Made by a program: the position numbers and the translations under genes
Notes under the pieces: generated by a model
What the model saw: the letters and a program-made list of their open reading frames with translations, nothing else
Databases searched by the model: none
Told to the model about the DNA's origin: nothing
From: an uncultured Lachnospiraceae bacterium
Lineage (GTDB): Bacteria > Bacillota > Clostridia > Oscillospirales > CAG-272
DNA length: 64,000 nt
Reading direction: 5' to 3'
Assembly: GCA_964498965.1 (NCBI GenBank)
Contig: CAZCJU010000002.1
Span: forward strand, 3,798 to 67,797
In this document: in pieces, positions 37,089-47,281 of the stretch
How the letters are laid out: every line of letters starts with the position of its first letter
Position numbering within the stretch: the first letter of the stretch is position 1

Positions 37089-37144
37089 TCGACAGTCGAC
37101 AGTCGACAGTCGACAGTCGACAATCGACAATCGACAATCGATAA
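37089..37144. repeat. heptanucleotide tandem repeat (8 units)
   Basis: The array reads (tcgacag)x4, (tcgacaa)x3, (tcgataa)x1 head-to-tail. It lies in the 3' region of clpX, between its stop (37181) and the terminator. Confidence 0.95.
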
Positions 37145-37180
37145 ATATCGGCGAACGATGAACAAATGCAAGAATCTGTT

Positions 37181-38506
37181 TTATTTTGCCTCTTTCGACT
37201 TACGAATGTACGTCGGCGTGCCGCTTTTATTTACATAATCAGCTGTTATGATGACCTTTTCAATCGTGTTATCGGACGGAACATTGTACATAACGCCAAG
37301 CATTAAGCTCTCGATTATGGAACGCAAGCCCCTTGCACCCGTGCCTCTTTCAATGGCAAGCTTTGCTATCGCTTTGAGTGCCTCCGTATCGAATTCAAGC
37401 GTAACGCCGTCCATGTCGAGCAGTGCCGTGTATTGCTTTGTGAGAGAATTTTTCGGTTCGCAAAGAATTTTCGTCAACGCCTCCGTATTCAACGAATCAA
37501 GCGTCGTAATTATGGGAAGTCTGCCGACAAGCTCGGGTATCAATCCGTACTTTACTATGTCCTGTGCGATAACGTGACGGTATATCTGTGCCTTGTCGCC
37601 GATATCGGCTTTCTTTTGTTCGTTGCCGAAGCCGATAATCTGATTGCCCATTCGACGTTCGATGATATCCGATAAGCCGTCGAACGCACCGCCGCATATG
37701 AAAAGTATGTTTTCGGTATTTATTTGTATAAATTCCTGATTCGGGTGCTTACGCCCGCCTTGCGGGGGAACATTGGACACCGTACCCTCGAGAATTTTCA
37801 AAAGTGCCTGCTGAACACCCTCGCCGGAAACATCACGGGTAATGGAACGGTTTTCACTGCGTCTTGATATTTTATCTATCTCGTCAATGTAAATTATGCC
37901 TTTTTCGGCAAGTTCGATATCATAGTCGGCTGCCTGAATAAGTCGTAACAGTATGTTCTCAACGTCCTCACCGACATACCCCGCCTCCGTGAGAGTCGTT
38001 GCGTCGGCTATGGCAAACGGAACACGCATGGCTTTGGCAAGTGTTTGTGCGATATATGTCTTACCGACACCCGTCGGTCCGAGAAGAAGAACGTTACTCT
38101 TTTGAATTTCGACTTCTTCTTTCTTTGTATCGTCTTTATTTACGTCTTTCTTGCCTTTTTTGCCTTTTTTAGTCTTTTTAATCGTGTCGGCACGGAGAAT
38201 ACGTTTGTAGTGATTGTATACCGCAACCGAAAGTGCTACCTTGGCATCGTCCTGCCCGATCACATATTCGTCGAGCGATGCTTTTATATCTTTGGGCTTG
38301 GGCAAATTTTCAAGTGTCAATTTATCGGTATCGCCGCCGTTTTCACCTGATATATCGAACTGTTCGTCTATGATTTCGTTGCATAGCTCAATGCATATAT
38401 CGCATATCATAGCTCCGGTGTGGGAGGGAATCAGAAAATGAACCTGACTTTCATCCCTCCCGCAAAATGAGCAACGATGCAATGTGCTTTTTGTATTTGA
38501 AGCCAT
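37181..38506 (-). CDS. clpX: ATP-dependent Clp protease ATP-binding subunit ClpX
   Basis: The 441-aa ORF has an N-terminal zinc finger (CSFCG...CDICIELC), Walker A GPTGVGKT and Walker [10 protein letters not shown]. Confidence 0.95.
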   Translation of the reverse strand: MASNTKSTLHRCSFCGRDESQVHFLIPSHTGAMICDICIELCNEIIDEQFDISGENGGDTDKLTLENLPKPKDIKASLDEYVIGQDDAKVALSVAVYNHYKRILRADTIKKTKKGKKGKKDVNKDDTKKEEVEIQKSNVLLLGPTGVGKTYIAQTLAKAMRVPFAIADATTLTEAGYVGEDVENILLRLIQAADYDIELAEKGIIYIDEIDKISRRSENRSITRDVSGEGVQQALLKILEGTVSNVPPQGGRKHPNQEFIQINTENILFICGGAFDGLSDIIERRMGNQIIGFGNEQKKADIGDKAQIYRHVIAQDIVKYGLIPELVGRLPIITTLDSLNTEALTKILCEPKNSLTKQYTALLDMDGVTLEFDTEALKAIAKLAIERGTGARGLRSIIESLMLGVMYNVPSDNTIEKVIITADYVNKSGTPTYIRKSKEAK

Positions 38507-38514
38507 AAGAATCC

Positions 38515-39102
38515 TTATTGTTTATTTACGATGATCTTATCGATAAGACCGTAGTCGAGTGCTTGCTGTGCAGATAAATAATTATCACGGTCGGTATCAA
38601 TGCAAATTTGCTCGTATGACTTGCCCGTGTTTTCGGCGAGAATACGATTCATCTTCTCTCGAATTTGGATAATATGGTCGGCGTGGATCTTAATATCAGA
38701 TGCCTGACCGCCCAATCCGTTCATCAAGGGCTGGTGTATCATGATCTCGCTGTTGGGCAATGCAAAACGCTTACCTTTAGTACCTGCGGCAAGGAGAAAC
38801 GAACCCATGCTTGCCGCCATACCGATGCAGATCGTCGAAACGTCGCATTTAATGTAATTCATCGTGTCGTATATTGCCATTCCGTCGGAAATGGAACCGC
38901 CGGGGCTGTTTATATAAAAGTAGATATCCTTTTCGGGATCCTGTGCCTCGAGAAACAGTAATTGTGCTACGATGAGTGCGGAAGTGGTCGGATTTACGTC
39001 CTCGTACAGCAGAATGATCCTGTCCGTTAAAAGACGGGAAAATATGTCGTAGGAACGTTCTCCGCGATTCGTTTGTTCAATGACATAAGGTATACTTGGC
39101 AT
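38515..39102 (-). CDS. clpP: ATP-dependent Clp protease proteolytic subunit
   Basis: The 195-aa ORF contains [18 protein letters not shown] (catalytic Ser) and IMIHQP. Confidence 0.95.
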   Translation of the reverse strand: MPSIPYVIEQTNRGERSYDIFSRLLTDRIILLYEDVNPTTSALIVAQLLFLEAQDPEKDIYFYINSPGGSISDGMAIYDTMNYIKCDVSTICIGMAASMGSFLLAAGTKGKRFALPNSEIMIHQPLMNGLGGQASDIKIHADHIIQIREKMNRILAENTGKSYEQICIDTDRDNYLSAQQALDYGLIDKIIVNKQ

Positions 39103-39125
39103 ATGTTCTCCTTTGTGGGTGTGAA

Positions 39126-40430
39126 TTATTCGGCACTTTCCTCGGGTGTAACTACCTTGATTTCGGCACTTTCCTTGACGAGGTCAACTGCTTTTCTGAC
39201 TTTGATATCGGTCGCCAGATCATCCTTGTAGATTGCGGCTTTTATCTTGTCAAGCTCCATTTCGTATATTTTCGCAAGCTCCGCATATTCCTTTTCTATA
39301 TCCTCTTCGGTAGCTTCGAAATTCTCCGTCTTTGCTATTTCTTCGAGAATAAGGCGAAGCTTGACCTGCTTTTCCGCCTGAGGACGTGTGCTTTCCTTAA
39401 GCTGTTCGATCGTCGATGATGTGTACTTGAGGTACATATCGAGCGACATTCCCTGCTGTGCAAGACGTGCCTCGTAGTTGCGAAGCTCGTTTTCAACCTC
39501 GCTGTCGATCATAGGTGCGGGTACATCGACCTCGGTTGCGGCGATAAGATGATCCAAAAGCTGCTCTTCGGTTATGTTGGAGGCGATGTCCTCGTTTCTC
39601 TTTTCAATCTTTGCCTTCATATCGGCTCTGTATTCAGCATAGGTATCGAAATCCGAAACGTCTTTAGCAAATTCGTCGTCAAGCTCGGGAAGCTCCTCGA
39701 ATTCAATCTTGTGAAGCTTGCAGGCGAATACCGCTGCCTTGCCCGAAAGCTCCTCCGAATGGTACTCTTCGGGGAAGGTTACGTTTACATCAAATTCGTC
39801 GCCTATGTTCTTGCCTACGATCTGTTCCTCAAAGCCGGGAATAAAGTGCTTTGAACCGAGTTTGAGCTTCTGCTCGCTTGCTGTGCCGCCCTCAAAAGGA
39901 ACGGAATCTACAGTACCGCAGTAATCTATCGTGACCGTATCATCCATTGCGGCGGGACGGTCGGTTATCTCTACCATACGGGAGTTTCTGTGTCTTATCT
40001 TGTCGATTTCGTTATCAACGTCCTCTTCCGTGGTTTCCTTGATGTTCTTTTCCGCAGTTAAGCCCTTGTATTGACCGAGAACTATCTCGGGACGAACATA
40101 GAACTTAGCCTTAACGAGAAAGCCCTCTTCGTCGTTGCCGTCAAAGTCGAATTCGGGAGAGCTTACGGGATCAACATCGGCTTCTTTGAGTGCCGCATCG
40201 TATGCGTCGGGAAGAATAACGTTTAATGCGTCATTGTAAAAGAAATCGGCACCGTACATTTTTTCGATTATAGCCTTGGGAGCTTTACCGGGACGAAAAC
40301 CGGGTATCCTTACTTTGCTTGAATTTGCCTTGTATGCGTTGTATACGGCCTTTTCAAACTGATTGCGATCGATTATGAATTCAATTTCACGTACGTTCTT
40401 CTCGGGTGTCGAAACATTTCTTAATTTCAT
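39126..40430 (-). CDS. tig: trigger factor
   Basis: The 434-aa ORF contains [10 protein letters not shown] and an FKBP-type middle domain. It occupies the conserved position upstream of clpP-clpX. Confidence 0.9.
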   Translation of the reverse strand: MKLRNVSTPEKNVREIEFIIDRNQFEKAVYNAYKANSSKVRIPGFRPGKAPKAIIEKMYGADFFYNDALNVILPDAYDAALKEADVDPVSSPEFDFDGNDEEGFLVKAKFYVRPEIVLGQYKGLTAEKNIKETTEEDVDNEIDKIRHRNSRMVEITDRPAAMDDTVTIDYCGTVDSVPFEGGTASEQKLKLGSKHFIPGFEEQIVGKNIGDEFDVNVTFPEEYHSEELSGKAAVFACKLHKIEFEELPELDDEFAKDVSDFDTYAEYRADMKAKIEKRNEDIASNITEEQLLDHLIAATEVDVPAPMIDSEVENELRNYEARLAQQGMSLDMYLKYTSSTIEQLKESTRPQAEKQVKLRLILEEIAKTENFEATEEDIEKEYAELAKIYEMELDKIKAAIYKDDLATDIKVRKAVDLVKESAEIKVVTPEESAE

Positions 40431-40453
40431 TTTAATAATCCTCTTAATTTTCC

Positions 40454-40497
40454 ATTATATATCAAATCTATTGTACTTACAAAAACAGATTTGTCAA
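40454..40497 (-). promoter_or_regulatory. candidate overlapping sigma-A promoters for tig-clpP-clpX
   Basis: Two candidates are on the minus strand. One is TTGACA (40492-40497), a 16-nt spacer and TACAAT (40470-40475). The other is TTGTAA (40477-40482), a 17-nt spacer and TATAAT (40454-40459). Confidence 0.45.
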
Positions 40498-40513
40498 TAT
40501 ATATCCATGAAAT

Positions 40514-41224
40514 TTAAATAAAAATTTTATACGGCTTAAAATTTAAAGCGTCGGCGGCTACTAAATTGAATACGATCCCGTCGTGCGTAAACGAAAGCGG
40601 TCGGTCGTATATGCCGTGTATGTGACCGAAAAAGCACTGCGTTACACCGTGTTTCTTCAATACCTCTATGAGCGGCGGACAGATGTACGTTCCGAATACG
40701 GGCGGGAAATGAAGAAATACCGCTTTCTTTGCGTCGGGATCATTCTTTTCCGCATGTGTCAAGCTCATATCAAGACGTATCGCTTCTCTTGCCACTATCG
40801 CAGTACTGTCGGCACTGTTTTCCGGTATAATACGCTCCGGGGTGTACCAACCTCTTGAACCGCATATTGCGTAATTTTCGGCAAGTACGGAGTTGCATCT
40901 CAAAAATGTGTAGTTAAAGTTGTTTTTTAAACAAAATTCTTCTAATTTTTTCAAAGATTGCCACCAAAAGTCATGATTGCCCTCAATAAGCACTTTTTTG
41001 CCGGGCAGAGAATCGATGAAGCGAAAATCCTCGATCCCGCCTTCGAGCGTCATAGCCCATGAGAAATCACCGGCAATTACGACTGTGTCATTTTCGTTTA
41101 CGGTGCTTTCCCACTCGTGTTTGATTTTTTCCGAATAATTTTTCCACCTGCCGCCGAAAACGTCCATTCGTTTTTTCGGATCGCCCAGTGCAAGATGAAG
41201 ATCGGCTATTGCGTAAAGCGACAT
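40514..41224 (-). CDS. metallophosphoesterase family protein
   Basis: I shortened the track ORF (to 41383) to the ATG at 41222-41224 (MSLYAIADLHLALG...). The motifs DLH, GDFSW, GNHD and GHIHG are present. Confidence 0.7.
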   Translation of the reverse strand: MSLYAIADLHLALGDPKKRMDVFGGRWKNYSEKIKHEWESTVNENDTVVIAGDFSWAMTLEGGIEDFRFIDSLPGKKVLIEGNHDFWWQSLKKLEEFCLKNNFNYTFLRCNSVLAENYAICGSRGWYTPERIIPENSADSTAIVAREAIRLDMSLTHAEKNDPDAKKAVFLHFPPVFGTYICPPLIEVLKKHGVTQCFFGHIHGIYDRPLSFTHDGIVFNLVAADALNFKPYKIFI

Positions 41225-41299
41225 ACTGTTTCCTCGTCGTGTGAATATCTTTTCGAAAATCGTAAATAATAATAGCAACAAAGCAAGGAGGGAATTAAA

Positions 41300-41491
41300 A
41301 TGGCAAATTGTAATGACGGACAAAAATGTACGGTAAAGCATATAAAGGGCATAGGCTGTGACGTGAAAAACTGCGTTTATCATGACGGCGACAGCTATTG
41401 CACAGCCGAAAAGGTGTCAATAGGTCCCGGTTTCGCAAGCTGCTGTACCGATACCGTATGCACGACCTTTAAACAGAAAAATTTCGACTAA
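41300..41491 (+). CDS. DUF1540 family small Cys-rich protein
   Basis: The 63-aa ORF follows an AAGGAGGGA RBS. Its duplicated C.V..C.Y......C.A..I pattern (CTVKHIKGIGCDVKNCVYHDGDSYCTAEKVSI...CCTDTVC) is typical of DUF1540 proteins in spore-forming Firmicutes. Confidence 0.6.
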   Translation: MANCNDGQKCTVKHIKGIGCDVKNCVYHDGDSYCTAEKVSIGPGFASCCTDTVCTTFKQKNFD

Positions 41492-42864
41492 AGCAATTGC
41501 GTCAGTCGGTTTATATCGCCGGCTCCCATCACAACCACAATATCGTCCTCACGGACGGTATTTTTTATATATTCGGCTATTTGCTCGAAATTACCGATGT
41601 ATACGCCGTTTTCGGTTCTTTCCGCAAGCAATGAACCGCTCATGCCGAGCGTGTCTGTTTCTCTTGCCGGATATATGTCCGCAAATATGACCTGAAAGCA
41701 TTTTCCGAATGATGAAGTGAAATCATCGAACAATCCTTTTGTACGTGTATATGTGTGTGACTGGAAAACACAAAATAATCTTCCGGTGCATATTCTTGCG
41801 GCGGAATCAAGTGTGGCTCGGATCTCAGTCGGGTGATGTGCGTAATCGTCGAAAACCTTTGCTCCGTTACACGTTTTTTTGTATTCGAATCGACGACCGA
41901 CTCCGTGAAAATCGCTCAATGACGCAGCGACGTGCTTTCCGTCGATACCATATAATACGGCAACACCGCACGCACAAAGTGCGTTGCTTATGTTATGAAA
42001 GCCGCAAACACCGAGAGTGATGTGACAGTACGGCTCACCCTTGTAAAAAACATCAAAATCCGGGTGTGAGTCGATATACGTGATATTTTCGGCACGCACA
42101 TCGGCGGATTTGCCCGTACCGCACCGGATGACGTTATTTAAATCGTTTACGATATCGTTTGCGGCATCGCAATCCGAATTTATGACGACAGAATGCTTTG
42201 CACTCTGTGCATACTTTATAAACGAAGTAACGTAATTTTCAAAATTGCCGAAATAGTCCACGTGATCAAGTTCGCAGTTGAGTATGACAGCACAGGACGG
42301 AAAAAATGAAAGAAACGAATCTTTGTATTCACAAGCCTCGAAAACAAGATTCTCGAATCCACCCTGCCTGTACGAGCCGTTTAACGACGGTATATCGGCA
42401 CCGTTCAAAATCGTCGGGTCACGCTTGGCGTGCATGAATATTTCGGATATCATACCCGTTGTTGTGCTTTTTCCGTGCGTTCCCGCAACACCGATCGAAT
42501 TCTCGTACTTTGCTATGATATATCCCAAAAAATCGGCACGGTATATCAAATCATAACCGTTGTCCCTTGCATATCGATATTCGGGATTACCGTCGTTTAT
42601 GGCGGCGTTATACACGAAAACCGTAAAGCCGGAAGCGTTGTCGGCGGAATGACCTATGTGTACTTCTATTCCTTCGCTTTTCAAATCGTCCGTAAGCTGC
42701 GAGCGTGTTCTGTCCGAGCCGCCTACGTTATATCCGTCTTTTGTGCATATTCGTGCAAGAGATGACATGGAAACACCGCCTATTCCTATGAAGTAAACGT
42801 TTCTTTGATCCTTCAATAAAGCATCGATCTCGCTCGGCGAATAGTATTTTCCGTTGTCGGACAT
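41488..42864 (-). CDS. murC: UDP-N-acetylmuramate--L-alanine ligase
   Basis: The 458-aa ORF contains GIGGVSMSSLA and GVAGTHGKSTTTGM, and has the Mur ligase C-terminal domain. Confidence 0.9.
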   Translation of the reverse strand: MSDNGKYYSPSEIDALLKDQRNVYFIGIGGVSMSSLARICTKDGYNVGGSDRTRSQLTDDLKSEGIEVHIGHSADNASGFTVFVYNAAINDGNPEYRYARDNGYDLIYRADFLGYIIAKYENSIGVAGTHGKSTTTGMISEIFMHAKRDPTILNGADIPSLNGSYRQGGFENLVFEACEYKDSFLSFFPSCAVILNCELDHVDYFGNFENYVTSFIKYAQSAKHSVVINSDCDAANDIVNDLNNVIRCGTGKSADVRAENITYIDSHPDFDVFYKGEPYCHITLGVCGFHNISNALCACGVAVLYGIDGKHVAASLSDFHGVGRRFEYKKTCNGAKVFDDYAHHPTEIRATLDSAARICTGRLFCVFQSHTYTRTKGLFDDFTSSFGKCFQVIFADIYPARETDTLGMSGSLLAERTENGVYIGNFEQIAEYIKNTVREDDIVVVMGAGDINRLTQLL

Positions 42865-43080
42865 TTTTTACCTCCGAATACTTTTGATTGTTAAAAAAAT
42901 AACTGAATACATAATACTTGTTAAATAAATGGACAAAATGCAATAACCTGGCATTCAACAGAGTTAACAATTATTTCAAACAATATTTTTCTAAGCTTGT
43001 TTTATGTTTAACATCTGTATAGTATAATTACGATAAAGCTTGCCGTACGGTAAGCGAAAAAATGGAGAGAGGAAATTACT

Positions 43081-43374
43081 ATGGAGATCTCGGATATCAA
43101 AATCAGAAAAATCTTTGAAGAAGGCCCTATGAAAGCGATCGTGTCGGTGACATTCGACAATCAGCTGGCGGTTCATGACATAAAGGTTATTTATGCTCGT
43201 GAAAAATACTTTATCGTAATGCCCAGCAGAAAGAATCCCGATAACACGTATCGTGACATCGTTCACCCTATCAATTCTGATTTCCGCAAGGTACTTGAAA
43301 GTGCTGTAATCGAAACATTCCATGCACAGAGGGATTCGATACTTGCCGAGCAGAGCATGAACGGAGAATTCTGA
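43081..43374 (+). CDS. spoVG: septation protein SpoVG
   Basis: The 97-aa ORF reads MEISDIKIRKI...KAIVSVTFDNQLAVHDIKVI...FIVMPSRK...YRDIVHPIN. Confidence 0.9.
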   Translation: MEISDIKIRKIFEEGPMKAIVSVTFDNQLAVHDIKVIYAREKYFIVMPSRKNPDNTYRDIVHPINSDFRKVLESAVIETFHAQRDSILAEQSMNGEF

Positions 43375-43384
43375 ATGCATCTGT

Positions 43385-43420
43385 AAAAACGCTGCCGCCG
43401 AAAACGGCGGCGTTTTTATT
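43385..43420. terminator. bidirectional rho-independent terminator (spoVG on + / GT2 gene on -)
   Basis: An A5 run precedes the stem gccgccg / cggcggc (loop aaaa), which is followed by gttttta. Confidence 0.65.
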
Positions 43421-44135
43421 TGTATCTTTTCTTTACGTTTTTCTTTATTTTCATCAAATCATGAAGCATTTTGAAGGAGTCGGAAAAAACGTGTACCGTG
43501 GATTGACGATGGTTGATGATCTTTACGGGAACCTCCTCACATTTGCAGTCCGATTTGTGTGCGGAAAGAAGCACCTCGAAGTCAAATGCGAAGCCGTCGG
43601 TCGTGCATTGAGCGAATATTTCTCTCGCCTTATCTCCTTTGAAGCCTTTGATGCCGCATTGCGAATCCGTCAGCTTGAAGCCCGCAATAAGACATATAAA
43701 TTTAATGTAGATCTTTGACGCTATTTTTCTCAAAAGCGTGTAGCCCTCGTATCCGTCGGCGGAAAGATTACGCGAACCTGCAATGACATCTATGCTCGGA
43801 TCGCTCATAAAACGATCGTATACCCTTTTTACAACATCTACGCCGAATGCAAGGTCGCAATCAGTGTAGATCACGATATCTCCGCTGCTTTTCAGCACGC
43901 CGGTGCGTACCGCACAGCCCTTGCCTCTGTTTTTTTCGTATCTTGAAAGAATTATACGTTCGTCTGTTTCCGAGTACTTCTTTACGATATCGCCGCAACC
44001 GTCGGTAGAACCGTCGTCGGAAAAGATCAATTCGTAGTCATCGAAATTTTCGGACATAAAGCTCGAAAAAACCTCGATCGAGTCCGATATGATCGGGCTT
44101 TCGTTATACATAGGTATTATAACCGATACTTTCAT
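43416..44135 (-). CDS. family 2 glycosyltransferase (dolichyl/polyprenyl-phosphate glycosyltransferase-like)
   Basis: The 239-aa ORF starts MKVSVIIPMYNE and contains FSDDGSTDG, NRGKGCAVRTG and DCDL. Confidence 0.8.
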   Translation of the reverse strand: MKVSVIIPMYNESPIISDSIEVFSSFMSENFDDYELIFSDDGSTDGCGDIVKKYSETDERIILSRYEKNRGKGCAVRTGVLKSSGDIVIYTDCDLAFGVDVVKRVYDRFMSDPSIDVIAGSRNLSADGYEGYTLLRKIASKIYIKFICLIAGFKLTDSQCGIKGFKGDKAREIFAQCTTDGFAFDFEVLLSAHKSDCKCEEVPVKIINHRQSTVHVFSDSFKMLHDLMKIKKNVKKRYK

Positions 44136-44174
44136 AATTTAACCTTTCGATCTGGATATCCTATCCCGCAAATG

Positions 44175-45158
44175 TCATTTCGATACGCTTACGAGCTTTG
44201 CATGAATGGCCCAACGCTTGTTGTCACGCATATTGGTACACGTGGAAAGCGTAAGAAGCTTGTCGCCGGCAGCGAAGGAGATATCTTTGCTGTACAGTGA
44301 TTTTTGACGGCAAGTTTCTACGAATGAGAGAAAATGCTCACTGTTGGCAAAATAAGTGCGAATGTAATTGTATGTTGAAACCGTGGAATAAATTGAAAAT
44401 ACCTCATAGGTATATATTCCGTCAAGCGTTGAAATTATTACGGGTCTTGAATTGAAAACGTCCTCTCGGGTGTAATCGACAAGCTGAGAAAACATTATGC
44501 CCGTGGTGGACATATTGTGTCCGTAAACAATAAGATTTTTGTTGTCCTCAAGATGTTCCTCGGTTCGTCCGTCGGCGAATATCGCACCGTTTTTGTTGTT
44601 TTCCTTGGAAACCGAGTGTGTGAGATAGTAATCGTTATCTCCGCTGAACATTATGGGAAAATCTATATCCGTTCCGGGTATCGTGATCCAGCCCCAAATA
44701 TCGGAGTTGTAACGCTTTAAGGCGAGAATTTTCGTCTTAATGTTCTCGTATTCCTCGTTGTACGTTCCCTGCGAATAGTCAACGTCGATGACCTCGCCTG
44801 CGTGCGAACGGTCTACGGACAGCGTGGATACGTTTTCGGCAGTTTTGTTGTCGGCGGTGAACAGATTTCCGCTGTCATCTCTGAATATATTTTTGTAAAA
44901 TTCGTTCTCGTTCGATGCATTTATATAATCCATGGCGTAAAGCACGAGTGCAGAACAGCTGGCAACGAAAACGAGCGTGCTTAAGGTGAGCATGAAATAT
45001 CTGAATGCACCCATGAGCAATCTTTTTGTGCTTTTTCTTTCGTATATGCCTCGTCTTACAGGCAGATCCGAGCAACGAAGCGAGTCAAGCTCCTTAATAA
45101 ATGAAGAATCAACTTGCTTTTGTTCGAAAAACACTGTTTGTTTTGATGATTTTTTCAT
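44175..45158 (-). CDS. srtB: class B sortase with an extended N-terminal region
   Basis: The 327-aa ORF has an N-terminal TM segment (FRYFMLTLSTLVFVASCSALVLY). It carries IWGWITIPGTDIDFPIM, VYGHNM and the active-site context LLTLSTCT, followed by R.AIHAKL. Confidence 0.8.
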   Translation of the reverse strand: MKKSSKQTVFFEQKQVDSSFIKELDSLRCSDLPVRRGIYERKSTKRLLMGAFRYFMLTLSTLVFVASCSALVLYAMDYINASNENEFYKNIFRDDSGNLFTADNKTAENVSTLSVDRSHAGEVIDVDYSQGTYNEEYENIKTKILALKRYNSDIWGWITIPGTDIDFPIMFSGDNDYYLTHSVSKENNKNGAIFADGRTEEHLEDNKNLIVYGHNMSTTGIMFSQLVDYTREDVFNSRPVIISTLDGIYTYEVFSIYSTVSTYNYIRTYFANSEHFLSFVETCRQKSLYSKDISFAAGDKLLTLSTCTNMRDNKRWAIHAKLVSVSK

Positions 45159-45349
45159 TTTTATATTTCTGTTATCGGTGATAAAATAATCGTATACGGA
45201 AAAACTTCGTCTGTGTTCAATAAGAAAACTACCTTACCATTATATTGTATTCCTTATTTTTAAATTTATCAAGTCAAAGATGTACCATTTTTAAAAACAG
45301 TAAATCTTGCCGAAGCTTCTTCATCAAAACGGGATAAAACATGAAAATA

Positions 45350-45387
45350 CTCCGGTAGCATCGGCACACGGACCGAAGCTGCCGGAG
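45350..45387 (-). terminator. probable terminator after the UPF0237/UPF0210 operon
   Basis: A long imperfect hairpin forms between ctccggtagcatcgg and ccgaagctgccggag. On the minus strand it is followed by a T-rich tract (tattttcatgtttt). Confidence 0.45.
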
Positions 45388-45401
45388 AAAATTTAAACGT
45401 A

Positions 45402-46760
45402 TCAGTTTTTTAAGCTGTGGATCGGAGCGGGTATGCGTCCGCCTCGGTTTATGAAGATCGCAGGAGAATTTCCGTTGACAGGCATTACCGGAGCTTCACC
45501 GAGCAGACCGCCGAAAGCTACGGTGTCCCCCGCCGATTTGCCGTATGCGGGAATAACACGTACAGCGGTCGTTTTTGTGTTTGCGACTCCTATCGAGATC
45601 TCATCGGCGATTATTCCGCAGATTATGCTCTCGTCCGTATCGCCGGGTATCGCTATCATATCAAGACCTACCGAGCATACAGCCGTCATCGCCTCAAGTT
45701 TTTCCAAGGATAATGCTCCGGACTTGACCGCATTTATCATGCCCTCGTCCTCAGATACGGGAATAAACGCTCCCGACAAACCGCCGACTTGGCTTGATGC
45801 CATGACGCCGCCCTTTTTAACTGCGTCGTTGAGCAGTGCAAGTGCCGCAGTCGTGCCGTGACCGCCGCAGATTTCGATTCCCATACCCTCGAGTATGCGG
45901 GCGACCGAATCACCTATGGCAGGTGTGGGTGCAAGTGACAGATCGACTATTCCGAAAGGAACATCGAGCCGCTTTGAGGCTTCGGCGGCTACAAGCTGTC
46001 CCATTCTCGTTATCTTGAAAGCGGTTTTCTTTATAGTTTCGGCAAGTGCTGAAAGATCGCAATCGCCGGCACGGCGAACCGCCGCACATACTACGCCGGG
46101 GCCGGAAACGCCTACGTTAATTACACATTCAGGCTCGCCCATTCCGTGAAATGCTCCCGCCATGAAAGGATTGTCCTCCGGAACGTTTGCAAATACAACA
46201 AGTTTTGCACAGCCTATCGAATCCTCGTTGCGTGTGAGGTAAGCCGTCTTTTTTATCGCTTGTCCCATGAGAGAAACGGCGTCCATATTGATTCCCGCCT
46301 TGGTCGAGGCAACATTCACTGACGAGCATACAAGTTTCGTGCTTGCAAGTGCCTCGGGAATGGAGGCGATGAGATTTTTTGCGTTGACGGTAAAGCCCTT
46401 TTGTACCAATGCACCATAGCCGCCGATAAAGTTTATGCCGAGTGTGGCGGCGGCACGGTCAAGCGTTTTCGCTATTTTTACGTAATCTTCGGGAGAAAAA
46501 TCACCCGCTACGAGTGAAACGGGCGTTACCGAAACACGCTTGTTTATTATCGGTATTCCGTATTCCTTTTCTATATCTTCACCGGTGGCTACAAGCCTTT
46601 CTGCACTTGCCGTGATTTTGTCGTAAATTTTAGTGCAGACCGTATCGATGCTGTTCCCACCGCAAGTGAGCAGGGAAATACCCATCGTTATCGTTCGTAT
46701 ATCGAGATTTTCGTCTTTGATCATATTGATCGTTTCGAGAATGTCATGTGTTTCAAGCAT
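45402..46760 (-). CDS. UPF0210 / DUF711 (PFL-like) family protein
   Basis: The 452-aa ORF has the characteristic N-terminus [25 protein letters not shown] and a Gly-rich body. Confidence 0.8.
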   Translation of the reverse strand: MLETHDILETINMIKDENLDIRTITMGISLLTCGGNSIDTVCTKIYDKITASAERLVATGEDIEKEYGIPIINKRVSVTPVSLVAGDFSPEDYVKIAKTLDRAAATLGINFIGGYGALVQKGFTVNAKNLIASIPEALASTKLVCSSVNVASTKAGINMDAVSLMGQAIKKTAYLTRNEDSIGCAKLVVFANVPEDNPFMAGAFHGMGEPECVINVGVSGPGVVCAAVRRAGDCDLSALAETIKKTAFKITRMGQLVAAEASKRLDVPFGIVDLSLAPTPAIGDSVARILEGMGIEICGGHGTTAALALLNDAVKKGGVMASSQVGGLSGAFIPVSEDEGMINAVKSGALSLEKLEAMTAVCSVGLDMIAIPGDTDESIICGIIADEISIGVANTKTTAVRVIPAYGKSAGDTVAFGGLLGEAPVMPVNGNSPAIFINRGGRIPAPIHSLKN

Positions 46761-46814
46761 AAGCTCAGCCCCTTTCGGTATTTACCTCAATTAAAATTAT
46801 TTGTATCGTCGGTG

Positions 46815-47084
46815 TCAGATCTTGTGCATGGAATTGAAAATGTCCTCATGCATTGCACGTATGTCGAGACTGCGTTCCGTTCCGAGGCGGCGAAGTTTGT
46901 CAACGAAATCGGTAAACGGCATCGTTATATTGTCGATATCGACTATCATGATCATTGCAAAATATTCCTTTAATACGCTTTGACTTATATCTACGATGTT
47001 TGCACCGACTTCGGCACAGCAAGCACTTACGGAAGCGATGATGCCGACGCTGTCGACTCCCACTACGGTTACTACTGCTTTCAT
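46815..47084 (-). CDS. ACT-domain protein, UPF0237 family
   Basis: The 89-aa ORF reads MKAVVTVVGVDSVGIIASVSACCAEVGANIVDISQSVLKEYFAMIMIVDI. It is the usual partner gene of UPF0210. Confidence 0.8.
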   Translation of the reverse strand: MKAVVTVVGVDSVGIIASVSACCAEVGANIVDISQSVLKEYFAMIMIVDIDNITMPFTDFVDKLRRLGTERSLDIRAMHEDIFNSMHKI

Positions 47085-47116
47085 TTTAATTCCTCCGAAA
47101 AAACTGTATTTTATTT

Positions 47117-47145
47117 ATTATACAACATTTTTTTGCAAATTGCAA
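47117..47145 (-). promoter_or_regulatory. sigma-A-type promoter for the ACT/UPF0210 operon
   Basis: On the minus strand: TTGCAA (47140-47145), a 17-nt spacer, then TATAAT (47117-47122). Confidence 0.45.
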
Positions 47146-47225
47146 CATATAAACGTGAAAAAATTCGATTTTGAGAAAAATACGAATTATTTTGATTGAT
47201 ATCCGTTGTTTAATTCGAATCGATG

Positions 47226-47260
47226 AATAAAAACGGGCGGCAGATATACGCTGCCGCCGA
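47226..47260 (-). terminator. rho-independent terminator after the metY-like gene
   Basis: The stem is ggcggcag / ctgccgcc (8 bp) with a 7-nt loop. On the minus strand it is followed by cgttttta. Confidence 0.6.
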
Positions 47261-47281
47261 ATGAATGTTGAAAAATCAATG

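Noticed and set aside
37089-37144. Possible CRISPR array (also considered for 21054-21084).
   Set aside because: The units are 7-9 nt and directly abutting with no spacers. No cas genes are present in the window. These are microsatellites, not CRISPR.
36935-37171. A 78-aa ORF containing STVDCRL repeats.
   Set aside because: Its repeats are simply the translated heptanucleotide microsatellite. Seven nucleotides is not a codon multiple, so the peptide periodicity is an artefact. It has no RBS and lies between convergent gene ends.
41225-41383. The N-terminal extension of track ORF 40514-41383 (MINAVFHVTAYALYMLY...).
   Set aside because: Metallophosphoesterase homology starts at MSLYAIADLHL (ATG at 41224). 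The extension overlaps the divergent DUF1540 gene and its RBS.
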